Positions 45,759 through 55,295 of a stretch of 64,000 nucleotides of DNA are shown piece by piece (the stretch's first letter is position 1; each line of letters begins with the position of its first letter). The position numbers and the translations under genes were made by a program. The stretch comes from Escherichia phage LQ5: sequence record OR677401; one strand, written 5' to 3'. The notes beneath the pieces are model-generated. The model searched no databases and had not been told where the DNA came from. It worked only from the letters and a program-made list of their open reading frames with translations.

Positions 45759-46052
45759 ATGAAAAAGTTATTAATCGCAGCAATCCTTACAGTAGCGTCA
45801 TGTGGCACGGCTCCAGTTACGGCTGGATTGGATAAAGACCTTTGTGAATGGTCTATGACTGCAGACCAAGAATCGGTTGAACATCAGATTTATGCTGATA
45901 TCATGAACATCACTAAACGCGACCGCCCTGATATGGTTAAAGAAGTGTCAGACCAATTGGCTTCAAGCGGTGTTATGCAATATAACTATGTTTTGTATTG
46001 CGATGCCAATTTCGATAACAAAAATATCGTTAAAGAGGTGACAGGTGAATAA
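45759..46052 (+). CDS. sp: periplasmic/lipoprotein, Spackle-like by size and position
   Basis: signal MKKLLIAAILTVASC; 97 aa. Confidence 0.35.
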   Translation: MKKLLIAAILTVASCGTAPVTAGLDKDLCEWSMTADQESVEHQIYADIMNITKRDRPDMVKEVSDQLASSGVMQYNYVLYCDANFDNKNIVKEVTGE

Positions 46053-46485
46053 GATTAACAGAAATTTAGTTATCAAAAAACTTCGTTGTAAAAATCCAAA
46101 TGCACAAGCATACAGGATGTTTTGGAGCGACGACCACCAATACCTAGGTTATTTTCTTGTTGATAGCGATGATCGAATTACAATGGCTCATAAACTTCTT
46201 AACAGAGAATTAAACCATTGGCAAGAACTTATTGCGGTGAGGTCTAAATTATTTTCTCGCAATACAATGCACCAATTGGTTTATTTTTTCGCCGAAGGTA
46301 TTCCTGACAAGGTTGAGTTTGATGGATTCGAATTTAAAGACATCCTCCCAGACAACGAATTGAACGACCGCGTTAATATGGACATCCCTAGCAAGTATAT
46401 CAAAAACAGTCTGTTGAAAATTCTGGAAGCTCCGGTTTATTCAATAGATGACCAGATTTTTAATGCCTTTATGAATCGAGGTTAA
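46045..46485 (+). CDS. hypothetical protein
   Basis: ORF 146 aa. Confidence 0.6.
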   Translation: MNKINRNLVIKKLRCKNPNAQAYRMFWSDDHQYLGYFLVDSDDRITMAHKLLNRELNHWQELIAVRSKLFSRNTMHQLVYFFAEGIPDKVEFDGFEFKDILPDNELNDRVNMDIPSKYIKNSLLKILEAPVYSIDDQIFNAFMNRG

Positions 46486-46486
46486 T

Positions 46487-46708
46487 ATGTTTGTCTTAAC
46501 TCAATTCTCTAAAGCCGTGTATAGTTACTCTTGTCAGTGGGAAGTCTTTATCGATTCTCCTTCACCTAAGTATGGTGTTTTTGGACGAGTAACTACTCAA
46601 GCTTATGTCGCACGGCCGACTAAGCGCCAGCTTCGTAAACTTAAAAAGGCCCATCGCCAACTGATTGAGAGAAGGGAACAATATGAGTGCAATGTGTACG
46701 GGCTCTAA
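46487..46708 (+). CDS. hypothetical basic protein
   Basis: ORF 73 aa. Confidence 0.5.
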   Translation: MFVLTQFSKAVYSYSCQWEVFIDSPSPKYGVFGRVTTQAYVARPTKRQLRKLKKAHRQLIERREQYECNVYGL

Positions 46709-46874
46709 GATTTCTGTATTCGAATTATTCGAAGAGTATGAAATCGTATCAAAGGACCAAGAAGCTATCCATATTATTGCCGGTGATGGTGTGACTTGGA
46801 TTATTCCACTTTACCACGAAGATACGTACGAAGTCACTGATGCAAATGGTGATAAAGCTATTTTCGTAATATAA
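46683..46874 (+). CDS. hypothetical protein
   Basis: ATG 46683 with GGGAACAA upstream; overlaps previous ORF. Confidence 0.4.
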   Translation: MSAMCTGSKISVFELFEEYEIVSKDQEAIHIIAGDGVTWIIPLYHEDTYEVTDANGDKAIFVI

Positions 46875-46877
46875 ATA
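46870..46877 (+). promoter_or_regulatory. late promoter TATAAATA
   Basis: exact TATAAATA 13 nt upstream of AGGAG and micro-ORF 46891. Confidence 0.5.
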
Positions 46878-46890
46878 AGGCCAGGAGCCT

Positions 46891-47052
46891 ATGAAATCTT
46901 TTAAAGAAGTTATGAACGAAGATATGGTCGCAGGCGATGCAGGTGGAAACCCATCTAATATTGCCTCCGGAACTACCTCAGGCGCAGTCGTCAACAAAGG
47001 GCCTGAACAAATCCCATCTAAAAAGCGTAAAGAAAAATCCGAAAACGAATGA
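46891..47052 (+). CDS. micro-protein (53 aa)
   Basis: AGGAGCC then ATG; below ORF-track cut-off. Confidence 0.4.
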   Translation: MKSFKEVMNEDMVAGDAGGNPSNIASGTTSGAVVNKGPEQIPSKKRKEKSENE

Positions 47053-47090
47053 TATAATGGCTCTATTAATTTAGAGCCCAAGGAAAAATA

Positions 47091-48119
47091 ATGTCATATG
47101 TCGATAGAGAATTTGCTGTACGTGCCTTGAATTACCAACCTAAATTCAGACAAGTAACCGGTAGTGATTTTAAATTAAACTGCCGTTGTCGTGTATGTGG
47201 CGACTCCCTAAAAGATGAAAACAAAGCTCGTTTTTGGGCCTATCCGGCCAATGACGGCTCCGTAATGCTGCACTGTTTTAACTGTGACTATTCAGCAGGA
47301 ATTAAGAAGTATCTATACGAATATGAGCCTGATTTATATCGAGAATATATTCTTGAGAAACATAAAGAGCAATCGTTCGGGAGACAAGCTGCACCTAAGG
47401 TGGAGATATCAGAAAAGATTAAAGCCAAGATGCCTGTCATCGAAAAGCTTAATTTCTGTGAACGTCTGGATAGAATGCCAAAGGACCATCCTATTATCAA
47501 ATATGTAACACTACGTTGCATTCCTGAAAACAAATGGAATCGCTTATGGTTTACTAAAGAATGGCCGGCATTGGTGAACTCTGTCAATCCAGGGACCTAT
47601 TCTAAAGAAATGCCTGAGCCTCGTTTGGTTATTCCAATTTTCAATAAGAATAAACAAATTGAAAGTTTTCAGGGTCGAGCCTTACGTAAAGATGCTCCAC
47701 AAAAATATATTACAATAAAAGCTCATGACCAAGCTACAAAAATATATGGAATGGATACAGTTGACGAACGTCAGTTGGTGTGGGTAATGGAAGGCCCTAT
47801 TGACTCTTTGTTTGTTCCGAATGCAATAGCAATTACTGGCGGGTCGTTGGACTTGGCTATGGTTCCATGTAAAGAAACTCGTGCCTGGGTAATGGACAAT
47901 GAACCCCGCCATCCTGACACAATTAAGCGTATGCAACGATTAGTTGATGCTGGCGAAAGGGTTCTATTCTGGGACAAGGCTCCATGGCCTTCTAAAGATA
48001 TAAATGATATGATTATGAAAGATAAAGCTGATATAAATGATGTACTGGCATATATGAAAGCTAATATAGCCCAAGGTTTAATGGCAAAAATGAGACTTTC
48101 AAAATATTCTAAAATTTAG
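47091..48119 (+). CDS. 61: DNA primase gp61
   Basis: zinc ribbon CRCRVCGD ... HCFNCDY; collinear with T4 gp61. Confidence 0.95.
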   Translation: MSYVDREFAVRALNYQPKFRQVTGSDFKLNCRCRVCGDSLKDENKARFWAYPANDGSVMLHCFNCDYSAGIKKYLYEYEPDLYREYILEKHKEQSFGRQAAPKVEISEKIKAKMPVIEKLNFCERLDRMPKDHPIIKYVTLRCIPENKWNRLWFTKEWPALVNSVNPGTYSKEMPEPRLVIPIFNKNKQIESFQGRALRKDAPQKYITIKAHDQATKIYGMDTVDERQLVWVMEGPIDSLFVPNAIAITGGSLDLAMVPCKETRAWVMDNEPRHPDTIKRMQRLVDAGERVLFWDKAPWPSKDINDMIMKDKADINDVLAYMKANIAQGLMAKMRLSKYSKI

Positions 48120-48316
48120 GCAGGAACTCCGCTAAAGAATCCAATTATGCTTAATACGTGTTCCATTGTAACCGCTGGTAAAATTATCCCTTGGCTAGCG
48201 GCTACAGGGACTACTAGAAGATTCCAAAGGAATACGTCTAGCGCAAGAAAACCTAACATCATTTTCTTGTCTTTCTTTTCGGCCAATTTCCAGATTTGGT
48301 AAAAAATACTGCCCAT
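48116..48316 (-). CDS. small membrane protein on the minus strand
   Basis: strong RBS caggaggataacATG on minus strand; two hydrophobic helices; convergent with gene 61, divergent from the HNH gene. Confidence 0.55.
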   Translation of the reverse strand: MGSIFYQIWKLAEKKDKKMMLGFLALDVFLWNLLVVPVAASQGIILPAVTMEHVLSIIGFFSGVPA

Positions 48317-48378
48317 GTTATCCTCCTGTTAAATTAATATTTATAACTTGCTTTACAAATTAATGATACAATTATCCC

Positions 48379-49035
48379 ATGAATTACGAAAAAATATACC
48401 AGGAATTAATATCTAAAGGAAAATTAAGAGGTTCTAAGCGGTCTTTATCATATTATACGGAAGAACACCATGTTATACCTAGATGTATGAATGGTTCTGA
48501 TGATAAAAACAATTTAGTTGCTTTATTGCCAAGAGAACACTTTGTAGCTCATAGGCTTTTAACAAAAATATATCCCGAAGTAAAAGGTCTACATTATGCT
48601 GTTAATTTAATGAGATATAATAAAGGAGTTAAATTAACTAGTAGAACTATAGCCACGTTAAGAGAAAATAACGCTAAAGCATTTTCAGGAAAAAATAACC
48701 CGATGTTTGGTAAACCTTCCTGGATTAGAGGGATGAAAACTCCTGAAGAAACTAAAGCCAAAATGCGCCTGGCTCATAAAGATAAAATTATATCTGATGA
48801 AGCCAAGGCCAATATGAGTAAAGCTAGAAAAGGAAGATTTAGTGGTAAAGATTCCCCTAGATATGGTTTACCGAATCCTAGGCGTGGAGAAATATGGAAT
48901 AGTTACGATATGCTTTACGAATTATGGGTTTACAATAATAAACCTAAACGCACCAAATTTAATAAAATAGCTGTTGATAATGGATATCCTGATATTTGTT
49001 ATCGACGAATGATAGAAAACTTTAATAGGAAATAA
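48379..49035 (+). CDS. HNH homing endonuclease with C-terminal DNA-binding repeats
   Basis: EEHHVIPRCMNGSDDKNNLVALLPREHFVAHRL HNH core; repeats NNPMFGK, TPEETKAKM, SDEAKANMSKARKG; AT-rich. Confidence 0.8.
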   Translation: MNYEKIYQELISKGKLRGSKRSLSYYTEEHHVIPRCMNGSDDKNNLVALLPREHFVAHRLLTKIYPEVKGLHYAVNLMRYNKGVKLTSRTIATLRENNAKAFSGKNNPMFGKPSWIRGMKTPEETKAKMRLAHKDKIISDEAKANMSKARKGRFSGKDSPRYGLPNPRRGEIWNSYDMLYELWVYNNKPKRTKFNKIAVDNGYPDICYRRMIENFNRK

Positions 49036-49039
49036 TATA

Positions 49040-49561
49040 ATGGCATTTTTTAACGAATGTAGTGGTTTGATTTCTGGTGTTGATAAAGCTGAGGAAGCTT
49101 ATTTTAATGCTCTGATTCATGAAGATAAAGACCCTCTGCAGGTTATGCTTGATATGCAGAAATCATTACAGGTCCGTTTGGCTACTGAAAAATCTGAATT
49201 TAACTCTAACCCCGATGAACTGGCTACTGCAGGTCAAGTTGTCGATTGGCTTCGCAACCAGAAAGATTATATTGATGACGAATTCCGTGAACTGTTGACT
49301 TCTCTTGGTGGCATGAGCAATGGCGAAAAAGATGCATCTGCAGTATGGAAGCCTTGGAAAGCTCAACATGCTGAACGTCGTGAAACCCTGATTAACGATT
49401 TGTCTCCTGAAGACCAGCTCGAAATTAAATTCGAAATGATTGATATTCTGCACTTTGTTCTGAATATGTTCCAAGGTCTTGGACTGACTGCTGAAGAAAT
49501 CTTTAAACTGTATTACCTGAAAAATGCCGAGAACTTTGCTCGCCAGGACCGAGGTTATTAA
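49040..49561 (+). CDS. 56: dCTPase/dUTPase gp56 (MazG-like)
   Basis: collinear with T4 gp56 as recalled (DPLQVMLDMQ ... DDEFRELLTSLG ... EIFKLYYLKNAENFARQDRGY). Confidence 0.9.
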   Translation: MAFFNECSGLISGVDKAEEAYFNALIHEDKDPLQVMLDMQKSLQVRLATEKSEFNSNPDELATAGQVVDWLRNQKDYIDDEFRELLTSLGGMSNGEKDASAVWKPWKAQHAERRETLINDLSPEDQLEIKFEMIDILHFVLNMFQGLGLTAEEIFKLYYLKNAENFARQDRGY

Positions 49562-49563
49562 GT

Positions 49564-49571
49564 TATAAATA
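49564..49571 (+). promoter_or_regulatory. late promoter TATAAATA upstream of soc
   Basis: exact TATAAATA 32 nt before soc ATG. Confidence 0.7.
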
Positions 49572-49602
49572 CACCTGTAATTAAACAACAAAGGAGTTAA
49601 TT

Positions 49603-49836
49603 ATGGGTGGTTTCGTTAATATTAAAACCTTTACGCATCCGGCTGGTGAAGGTAAAGAAGTTAAAGGTGTTGAAGTATCTGTCCCGTTTGAAATCTATTC
49701 AAACGAGCATCGTATTGCGAATGCACACTATCAGACATTTCCTTCTGAAAAGGCGGCATACACTACTGTAGTAACTGATGCAGCCGATTGGCGAACTAAG
49801 AACGCGGCGATGTTTACGCCTACCCCAGTAGTTTAA
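49603..49836 (+). CDS. soc: small outer capsid protein Soc
   Basis: VNIKTF ... AHYQTFPSEKAAY matches T4 Soc as recalled. Confidence 0.9.
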   Translation: MGGFVNIKTFTHPAGEGKEVKGVEVSVPFEIYSNEHRIANAHYQTFPSEKAAYTTVVTDAADWRTKNAAMFTPTPVV

Positions 49837-49840
49837 TTAT

Positions 49841-49868
49841 AAGGAACCTTCGGGTTCCTTTTTTGGTT
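49841..49868 (+). terminator. rho-independent terminator
   Basis: ggaacc-ttcg-ggttcc then T-tract. Confidence 0.85.
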
Positions 49869-49930
49869 TTAAGGGTTTACTTTCTAAGAAGGTTATGTTA
49901 AGATGGTCTTATCTTATAGAGGAGAATGCT

Positions 49931-50140
49931 ATGTTAAATCGTTGGATTAAACCAAATAAAACTTTAGATGAAATTATCGCTAATCATGTATTGAAAAAGT
50001 ACTTCTATACGCCTTGGTATACCGAAGTTATTGTCCATTCATTTATGATGCATGAAGACGGTTCTATCGAATTTAATGCCGAAATCCGTCACGAGACTGA
50101 TGATATCGATAAAGTTGAATTTAAACGAGGTTTCCTATGA
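49931..50140 (+). CDS. hypothetical protein
   Basis: GAGGAG before ATG 49931. Confidence 0.55.
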   Translation: MLNRWIKPNKTLDEIIANHVLKKYFYTPWYTEVIVHSFMMHEDGSIEFNAEIRHETDDIDKVEFKRGFL

Positions 50141-50454
50141 TTCGTTGGCTTAAGAATTTTTTCAAGACCAAACCTGGTGAAGGGGTGGTTCCTATCTCAG
50201 GTCTGAAGGAATATGTTTATGTGGGCGATGGTATGATGGAAGAAGTTATACGGCAACCTGAAAAAGCAGGTAATGTGGGCCTGGGCACCCTTCCTTTGAA
50301 TTCTAAAAAGTTTAAAGAGCATCTAGAAGCTCGTCGCACAAGCCATATTGATACCACTCCTATTATGGTTGCGGCTGCTGTTAGTTCATGGACTGGTGAT
50401 TCTTCTTATTCTGACTCAGGAAGCTGTGGCTCATCGTCCGGCTCGTGTGATTGA
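50137..50454 (+). CDS. hypothetical protein with Ser/Gly/Cys-rich tail
   Basis: C-terminus [17 protein letters not shown]. Confidence 0.55.
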   Translation: MIRWLKNFFKTKPGEGVVPISGLKEYVYVGDGMMEEVIRQPEKAGNVGLGTLPLNSKKFKEHLEARRTSHIDTTPIMVAAAVSSWTGDSSYSDSGSCGSSSGSCD

Positions 50455-50654
50455 TGAAACCTTTATCATGGCTTAAAGATTGGCTAGACCGTCCTGGTGA
50501 TTATCTTGATGACGGGTGGTTGGACCAAGCTAATGCAGAAATGAAACGCGAGTCCGAAGAATGGATTCTTAAAGGTATCCGTGAAGAACGCGAAAAGAAA
50601 TTAGAACGCGAAGCTCTTAGAATTATGCGTGACATCTATGGGGATAAATCATGA
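50451..50654 (+). CDS. hypothetical protein
   Basis: ATGA coupling. Confidence 0.5.
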   Translation: MMKPLSWLKDWLDRPGDYLDDGWLDQANAEMKRESEEWILKGIREEREKKLEREALRIMRDIYGDKS

Positions 50655-50818
50655 CTACTGAAGAGGCCGAAAAACAAGCTAAAGAGGCACTGGATTTGCT
50701 TCTTAAAATTGGTAGTAAAATGATGGAAGAAAACGAGAAATACATCCAAGAAAATAAAATTCCGGATGGTCCTTTAGTAGGTAAACTAAAAAGAGGAAAA
50801 TATAATGAAAGTCTATGA
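50651..50818 (+). CDS. hypothetical small protein (55 aa)
   Basis: ATGA coupling; overlaps next gene start. Confidence 0.35.
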   Translation: MTTEEAEKQAKEALDLLLKIGSKMMEENEKYIQENKIPDGPLVGKLKRGKYNESL

Positions 50819-51296
50819 ACTCGAATTCCATGTACGTGATTCTGCCGGACAAACGCGACCTTATGATGCTACGGCATGTCTTATCCTTGTCGATAATGGC
50901 ACGAATTCTATAACCCAGTTAGAAACACGATTAAAAGATATTAAGCTTCCAGAAAATATTATGATGAAGGCGTATCATAATAAAAATGTTGATGTTGCTG
51001 AAGGTTGTCCTTTTAGCCTGGCTGAAGCATTACATATCAAGGGTTATCGTTATCCGGCGGACCCATACGCCGAAGGAACCATGGATATTTTCTATAAGGA
51101 TAGAGATAAAATGGCAAATGAGCGTCTTAAAGGTCGTACATATTTGATTTCCGCTACCGAAGACCTTACTGAAGTCGAACGTCAGATTTGGAAACACTTT
51201 GATATTGGATTGCGCTTTACCATGACTGAAGACGCTATTTGCGATGCTAAGGCGCGAGCTCGTATGTATGGCTACGGTCCTATCGGTGGTTACTAA
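50805..51296 (+). CDS. hypothetical protein (163 aa; T4 mrh position)
   Basis: GAGGAAAA before ATG. Confidence 0.55.
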   Translation: MKVYELEFHVRDSAGQTRPYDATACLILVDNGTNSITQLETRLKDIKLPENIMMKAYHNKNVDVAEGCPFSLAEALHIKGYRYPADPYAEGTMDIFYKDRDKMANERLKGRTYLISATEDLTEVERQIWKHFDIGLRFTMTEDAICDAKARARMYGYGPIGGY

Positions 51297-51484
51297 TGGA
51301 CTTGTTTGATATGTTCGTCATTCCGGACCCTGAGCCTGAAACAACTCAGGAGCCGCCTGTTGACCTTGTCAACGAACTTGATATGATTATACAGAAGCAT
51401 GGTTTTAAGTTGCCTAAAGATGTTCTTAGTGACCTAGCTTCTTATTACTTAGACCCTCCACCCTGGGCTCCTTGGGTAAAATAA
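51296..51484 (+). CDS. hypothetical acidic protein
   Basis: ATGG coupling. Confidence 0.5.
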   Translation: MDLFDMFVIPDPEPETTQEPPVDLVNELDMIIQKHGFKLPKDVLSDLASYYLDPPPWAPWVK

Positions 51485-51486
51485 AG

Positions 51487-51515
51487 TTTTACACCTCCTC
51501 CCTTCATGTTATAAT
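51487..51515 (+). promoter_or_regulatory. sigma70-like promoter followed by SD hairpin
   Basis: TTTTAC ... TATAAT; hairpin atgacctc (51514-51521) / gaggtcat (51532-51539). Confidence 0.45.
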
Positions 51516-51539
51516 GACCTCTAAATCACTGGAGGTCAT

Positions 51540-52109
51540 ATGAACATCGAACAAAAATGTCTTTATCAAGACCGAATCAATTCCAAATTCTCAAAACACG
51601 AACAGAATCTTTTAGAAAAATGTCTGGATGCTAAAAAAGACCCTAACTTCCATTACGACCTTGACAAACTGGTTCGCAAGCATGTTACTTCAGCGGTTCC
51701 AGTAGAGTTGTATCGTGGGATTACCACCAGAGAACTTGAGCAATTAGAGCTCCTTTCAGTAGGGTGTCAATGGTCTCCTGGTCGAGTTACTTCTTTTAGT
51801 ACACAATACTCACAGGCTCGTCAGTTCGCAGGGGCATGGGAATATGGAACCAGAACCATTTTAAGTCTCAGGAATGCACCGTTCATTTTCGACTACTATA
51901 ACCATGCTATCGACCTTGTTCTTGCAGGGAATGTAGATGAGCTTGAAATAGATGAAACCCGTATAGACCTCTACGATATGGTCGAAACTGAATGTGAGTT
52001 CATGGTCTCCAGCCAATCACGATTTGAGATTGTGGAAATCGAAACTATCAAAAGGGACCCGTACGAAATCGAGTACAAAACAATTCATTTAAAAATGTTG
52101 GATTTTTAG
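51540..52109 (+). CDS. modB: Mod-type ADP-ribosyltransferase (ModB-like)
   Basis: R-S-E-type pattern: VELYRGIT, SFST, acidic C-terminal region; position after soc. Confidence 0.5.
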   Translation: MNIEQKCLYQDRINSKFSKHEQNLLEKCLDAKKDPNFHYDLDKLVRKHVTSAVPVELYRGITTRELEQLELLSVGCQWSPGRVTSFSTQYSQARQFAGAWEYGTRTILSLRNAPFIFDYYNHAIDLVLAGNVDELEIDETRIDLYDMVETECEFMVSSQSRFEIVEIETIKRDPYEIEYKTIHLKMLDF

Positions 52110-52138
52110 TTTACAGGCAAGGAAGCTTGTGGTACTAT
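52109..52138 (+). promoter_or_regulatory. T4-type early promoter
   Basis: GTTTAC ... GGTACTATC. Confidence 0.55.
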
Positions 52139-52163
52139 CTTTCTATCAACTGAGGAGAATAAT

Positions 52164-52778
52164 ATGTTATACCCTAACCACAGATTATCAGAGTTCTATG
52201 ACAATGTTAAGTGCGATGATTTCCGTGAAAACATTCAGTGTGAAATCGACCAGCAGTATTCTGATTTAGAACAGAGTACCCTCTGGCTGTGTATGGAAAA
52301 TAAACCGGATTGCATCCAAGAAACTCTGAATAAAATTATCCGTAAGAATCTGACTTCTGTAGTGCCTGACAAGCTGTACCGTGGAATTTCTAAGAAAACT
52401 TTGAAATACCTTGAATCGGTAGGATGTGTCGGCGCTACTATTGAATTTGACAGGGTAATGAGCTTCTCTAAAGATTTTAAGATTGCCCGTAATTTTGCTT
52501 CATATAATTTTTACGGAACTAAAAATATTTTCTGTATTAACGATGCCCCCTTTGCATTTGATTATCAGGAAGCAATCTTTAAAATGATTTGTGGCGCTCC
52601 TCCCGAAGAGTTCAACGGGCCGTATCCTGAAATAACTCGAACTTCAAACTTACAACTAGTGAATGATGAGGATGAGATGATGTTCCCTGCGGGAACTACG
52701 CTGCGCGTAGACTCTATTGAGAAGGTTTATGGATGGCAAGATTATACATTATGGAATCTTTCCGTTCTTTCTTACTGA
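52164..52778 (+). CDS. modA: Mod-type ADP-ribosyltransferase (ModA-like paralogue)
   Basis: KLYRGIS ... MSFSKDF parallel to upstream paralogue. Confidence 0.5.
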   Translation: MLYPNHRLSEFYDNVKCDDFRENIQCEIDQQYSDLEQSTLWLCMENKPDCIQETLNKIIRKNLTSVVPDKLYRGISKKTLKYLESVGCVGATIEFDRVMSFSKDFKIARNFASYNFYGTKNIFCINDAPFAFDYQEAIFKMICGAPPEEFNGPYPEITRTSNLQLVNDEDEMMFPAGTTLRVDSIEKVYGWQDYTLWNLSVLSY

Positions 52779-52847
52779 ACCACCCGGTTTAATTGAAAGG
52801 CAAAGTCCTTGATTCATTATACCGTCGAAAATTTAAAGCAAAAAAGT

Positions 52848-52876
52848 GTTTACTTTACCGAGCAACATGATACTAT
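52848..52876 (+). promoter_or_regulatory. T4-type early promoter
   Basis: GTTTAC ... GATACTATAGACCTATCA. Confidence 0.65.
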
Positions 52877-52916
52877 AGACCTATCAGCTAATCGTCCGTA
52901 AGATGAGAAAAATATT

Positions 52917-53666
52917 ATGCCTACTATTAAAACTAACGATGAATTTGAGTTAAAGGTTTACAAACGTCGCGAACACACTAAAGCCTCTGCCAAAAAACGT
53001 GGTAAGGACTTTAACCTGTCTAGTAAGTACGTTCGTAGACTTCTTGAACAAAAAGTGTGTGCATATTCAGGCGAGCGCTTTGATGAGAATTCAGATAAAG
53101 ATAAGATTTCGTTTGAACGCTTTAACAACGATATAGGTTATATCGAAGGTAATGTAATCCCGGTTAAAGTTAAGTACAACGGGTTGCGAGCTGATTTGTC
53201 TTTAGATGAATTGAAACGTGCACAGACTCGTTTAGCGTCCCGTATTTCAGGTGGTTCTAAAATGCCTAATAGTTTTAAAGTTACCCCAGATAATTATTAT
53301 AAAATTCGTAAAATAGTTAAAAATATTAAAGATACCCAAAGAGGTCTTAAAAAGCGTGAAAAACGTCTTAAGGACCTTATTAAATCAGGAGCCACTGATA
53401 ATACCCCTTCTGTCATCGCGGTTAAGGCCCGTATCCATGGTTCTAACGCTTCAATAGGTACTATGGAAAAGGGTCTTAAATCTTTAATTGGTGGGCCTGA
53501 TTGGCGTGTCAAGTTTAAATTGTCTGAAGCAGAAACGCGTTACGATATGTATGATAAAATTATTCAAGGTCTGGAGCGTTTAGAACACCTTTCTTTTATT
53601 GACAAAATGAAGTTGAAAAAAGGTCTTCCGCTGAATGCTTCAATTTTTTCACTGATTAGAGGTTAA
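52917..53666 (+). CDS. hypothetical basic protein (249 aa; T4 srd position)
   Basis: ORF with own early promoter. Confidence 0.55.
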   Translation: MPTIKTNDEFELKVYKRREHTKASAKKRGKDFNLSSKYVRRLLEQKVCAYSGERFDENSDKDKISFERFNNDIGYIEGNVIPVKVKYNGLRADLSLDELKRAQTRLASRISGGSKMPNSFKVTPDNYYKIRKIVKNIKDTQRGLKKREKRLKDLIKSGATDNTPSVIAVKARIHGSNASIGTMEKGLKSLIGGPDWRVKFKLSEAETRYDMYDKIIQGLERLEHLSFIDKMKLKKGLPLNASIFSLIRG

Positions 53667-53670
53667 CGTG

Positions 53671-53967
53671 ATGTACTATGCATACGTATTAGTTCACAAG
53701 GACAAAGACGGGTACGAAATTCCATTAGAAGAGGCCGGTGAAGTGACTTTGTATTCGACAAAGATTGGAGCCGATACCGCTCTATCCGTTTATGAAATGT
53801 CAACAAAAAGATATCTTCGGCTTGGACGCCTTGAAACGGTGTGCACACCTAGAAAATGGTGGTTTGATAAGTGGGAAACTAAAACAGTATATCCTACCGA
53901 AGAACGAGCCCGAGAACTTAAATTAGTTTTAGACACTTTATATGTTAAGCGAGTAAAATTGGCATGA
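53671..53967 (+). CDS. hypothetical protein
   Basis: ATG 53671. Confidence 0.5.
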   Translation: MYYAYVLVHKDKDGYEIPLEEAGEVTLYSTKIGADTALSVYEMSTKRYLRLGRLETVCTPRKWWFDKWETKTVYPTEERARELKLVLDTLYVKRVKLA

Positions 53968-55295
53968 TTACATTTGAAGACTTGAACATCGGCCAGAGGA
54001 CGGCCTTTAAAGAAATCATTGAAGCTATTAAACGACGTAAGGGCGAATGGATTACATTGAACGGCCCTGCTGGTACGGGTAAAACAACCCTTACCAAATT
54101 TATTCTTGACCATCTAGTCAAGAATGGTGAACTCGGAGTTATTTTGACTGCACCTACCCATGCGGCCAAAAAGGTGTTGTCGAAACTCGCAGGTCAAGAA
54201 GCATCAACAATCCATAGAATCTTAAAGATTAACCCTACTACGTACGAAGACCAGGACATCTTTGAACAACGCGAAGCTCCTGACTTGAGCAAATGTAGCG
54301 TTCTGGTTGTTGATGAAGGCTCGATGATTGACGGTAAGCTGTTTAAGATTATCGAATCTTCAGTGCCACCATGGTGTACTGTATTAGGGATTGGCGACAG
54401 AGCTCAGCTACAGCCAGTGGAACCTGGAAGTGATGGTAGTCCACAGTTGTCTCCGTTCTTTACCCATCCAAAAATCAAGCAATTGCATTTGACCGAAGTA
54501 ATGCGTAGCAATGCTCCAATCATTGAGGTTGCTACTGAAATCCGTAATGGCGGATGGTTTAGAGATTGTGTATTCGAAGGACATGGTGTCCATGGTTTTA
54601 AATCTCAAACTGCTTTAAAAGATTTTATGATGAATTATTTTTCCATTGTAAAAGACGCGGATGCCTTATTTGAAAATAGGATGTTTGCTTATACAAATAA
54701 ATCGGTTGAAAAGCTGAATAGCATTATTCGTAAAAAGCTTTATGAAACCGATGCACCTTATATCAAGGGTGAAATCCTGGTGATGCAAGAGCCTTTTATG
54801 AAGGAACTTGAATACGATGGTAAGAAATTCTCTGAAACCATTTTTAATAACGGTCAAATGGTTCGTATTCTGGATGTGAACCACACCTCATTGTTCTTGT
54901 CTGCTAAGGATGTAGGCACTCGTCAAATGATTAATTACTGGGACCTGCAAGTAGAATCTGTTGATGAAGACGACGAGTACTATGTAGAGCATTTAAAGGT
55001 TATCGATGAGGCTTCAGTTGAGAAGTTCCATTATTTCTTGGCTAAGGTTGCTACAGAGTACAAAGCCATGCGTGGTAGTGGTAAGAAACCTAAGTGGGCT
55101 GATTTCTGGAAAGCCAAGCGAATGTTCAGTAAGGTTCGAGCTCTTCCTGTGAGCACTGTTCATAAATCCCAAGGACTTACAGTCCAAAACAGTTTCATCT
55201 ATACTCCATGCATGCATATGGCTGATGCGAATTTAGCTTCACAGCTGGCTTATGTTAGTATTACTCGTGCTCGTACTGACGCCTACTACGTTTGA
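53964..55295 (+). CDS. dda: DNA helicase Dda (SF1)
   Basis: Walker A GPAGTGKTTL, Walker B VLVVDEGSM; 443 aa. Confidence 0.9.
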   Translation: MITFEDLNIGQRTAFKEIIEAIKRRKGEWITLNGPAGTGKTTLTKFILDHLVKNGELGVILTAPTHAAKKVLSKLAGQEASTIHRILKINPTTYEDQDIFEQREAPDLSKCSVLVVDEGSMIDGKLFKIIESSVPPWCTVLGIGDRAQLQPVEPGSDGSPQLSPFFTHPKIKQLHLTEVMRSNAPIIEVATEIRNGGWFRDCVFEGHGVHGFKSQTALKDFMMNYFSIVKDADALFENRMFAYTNKSVEKLNSIIRKKLYETDAPYIKGEILVMQEPFMKELEYDGKKFSETIFNNGQMVRILDVNHTSLFLSAKDVGTRQMINYWDLQVESVDEDDEYYVEHLKVIDEASVEKFHYFLAKVATEYKAMRGSGKKPKWADFWKAKRMFSKVRALPVSTVHKSQGLTVQNSFIYTPCMHMADANLASQLAYVSITRARTDAYYV

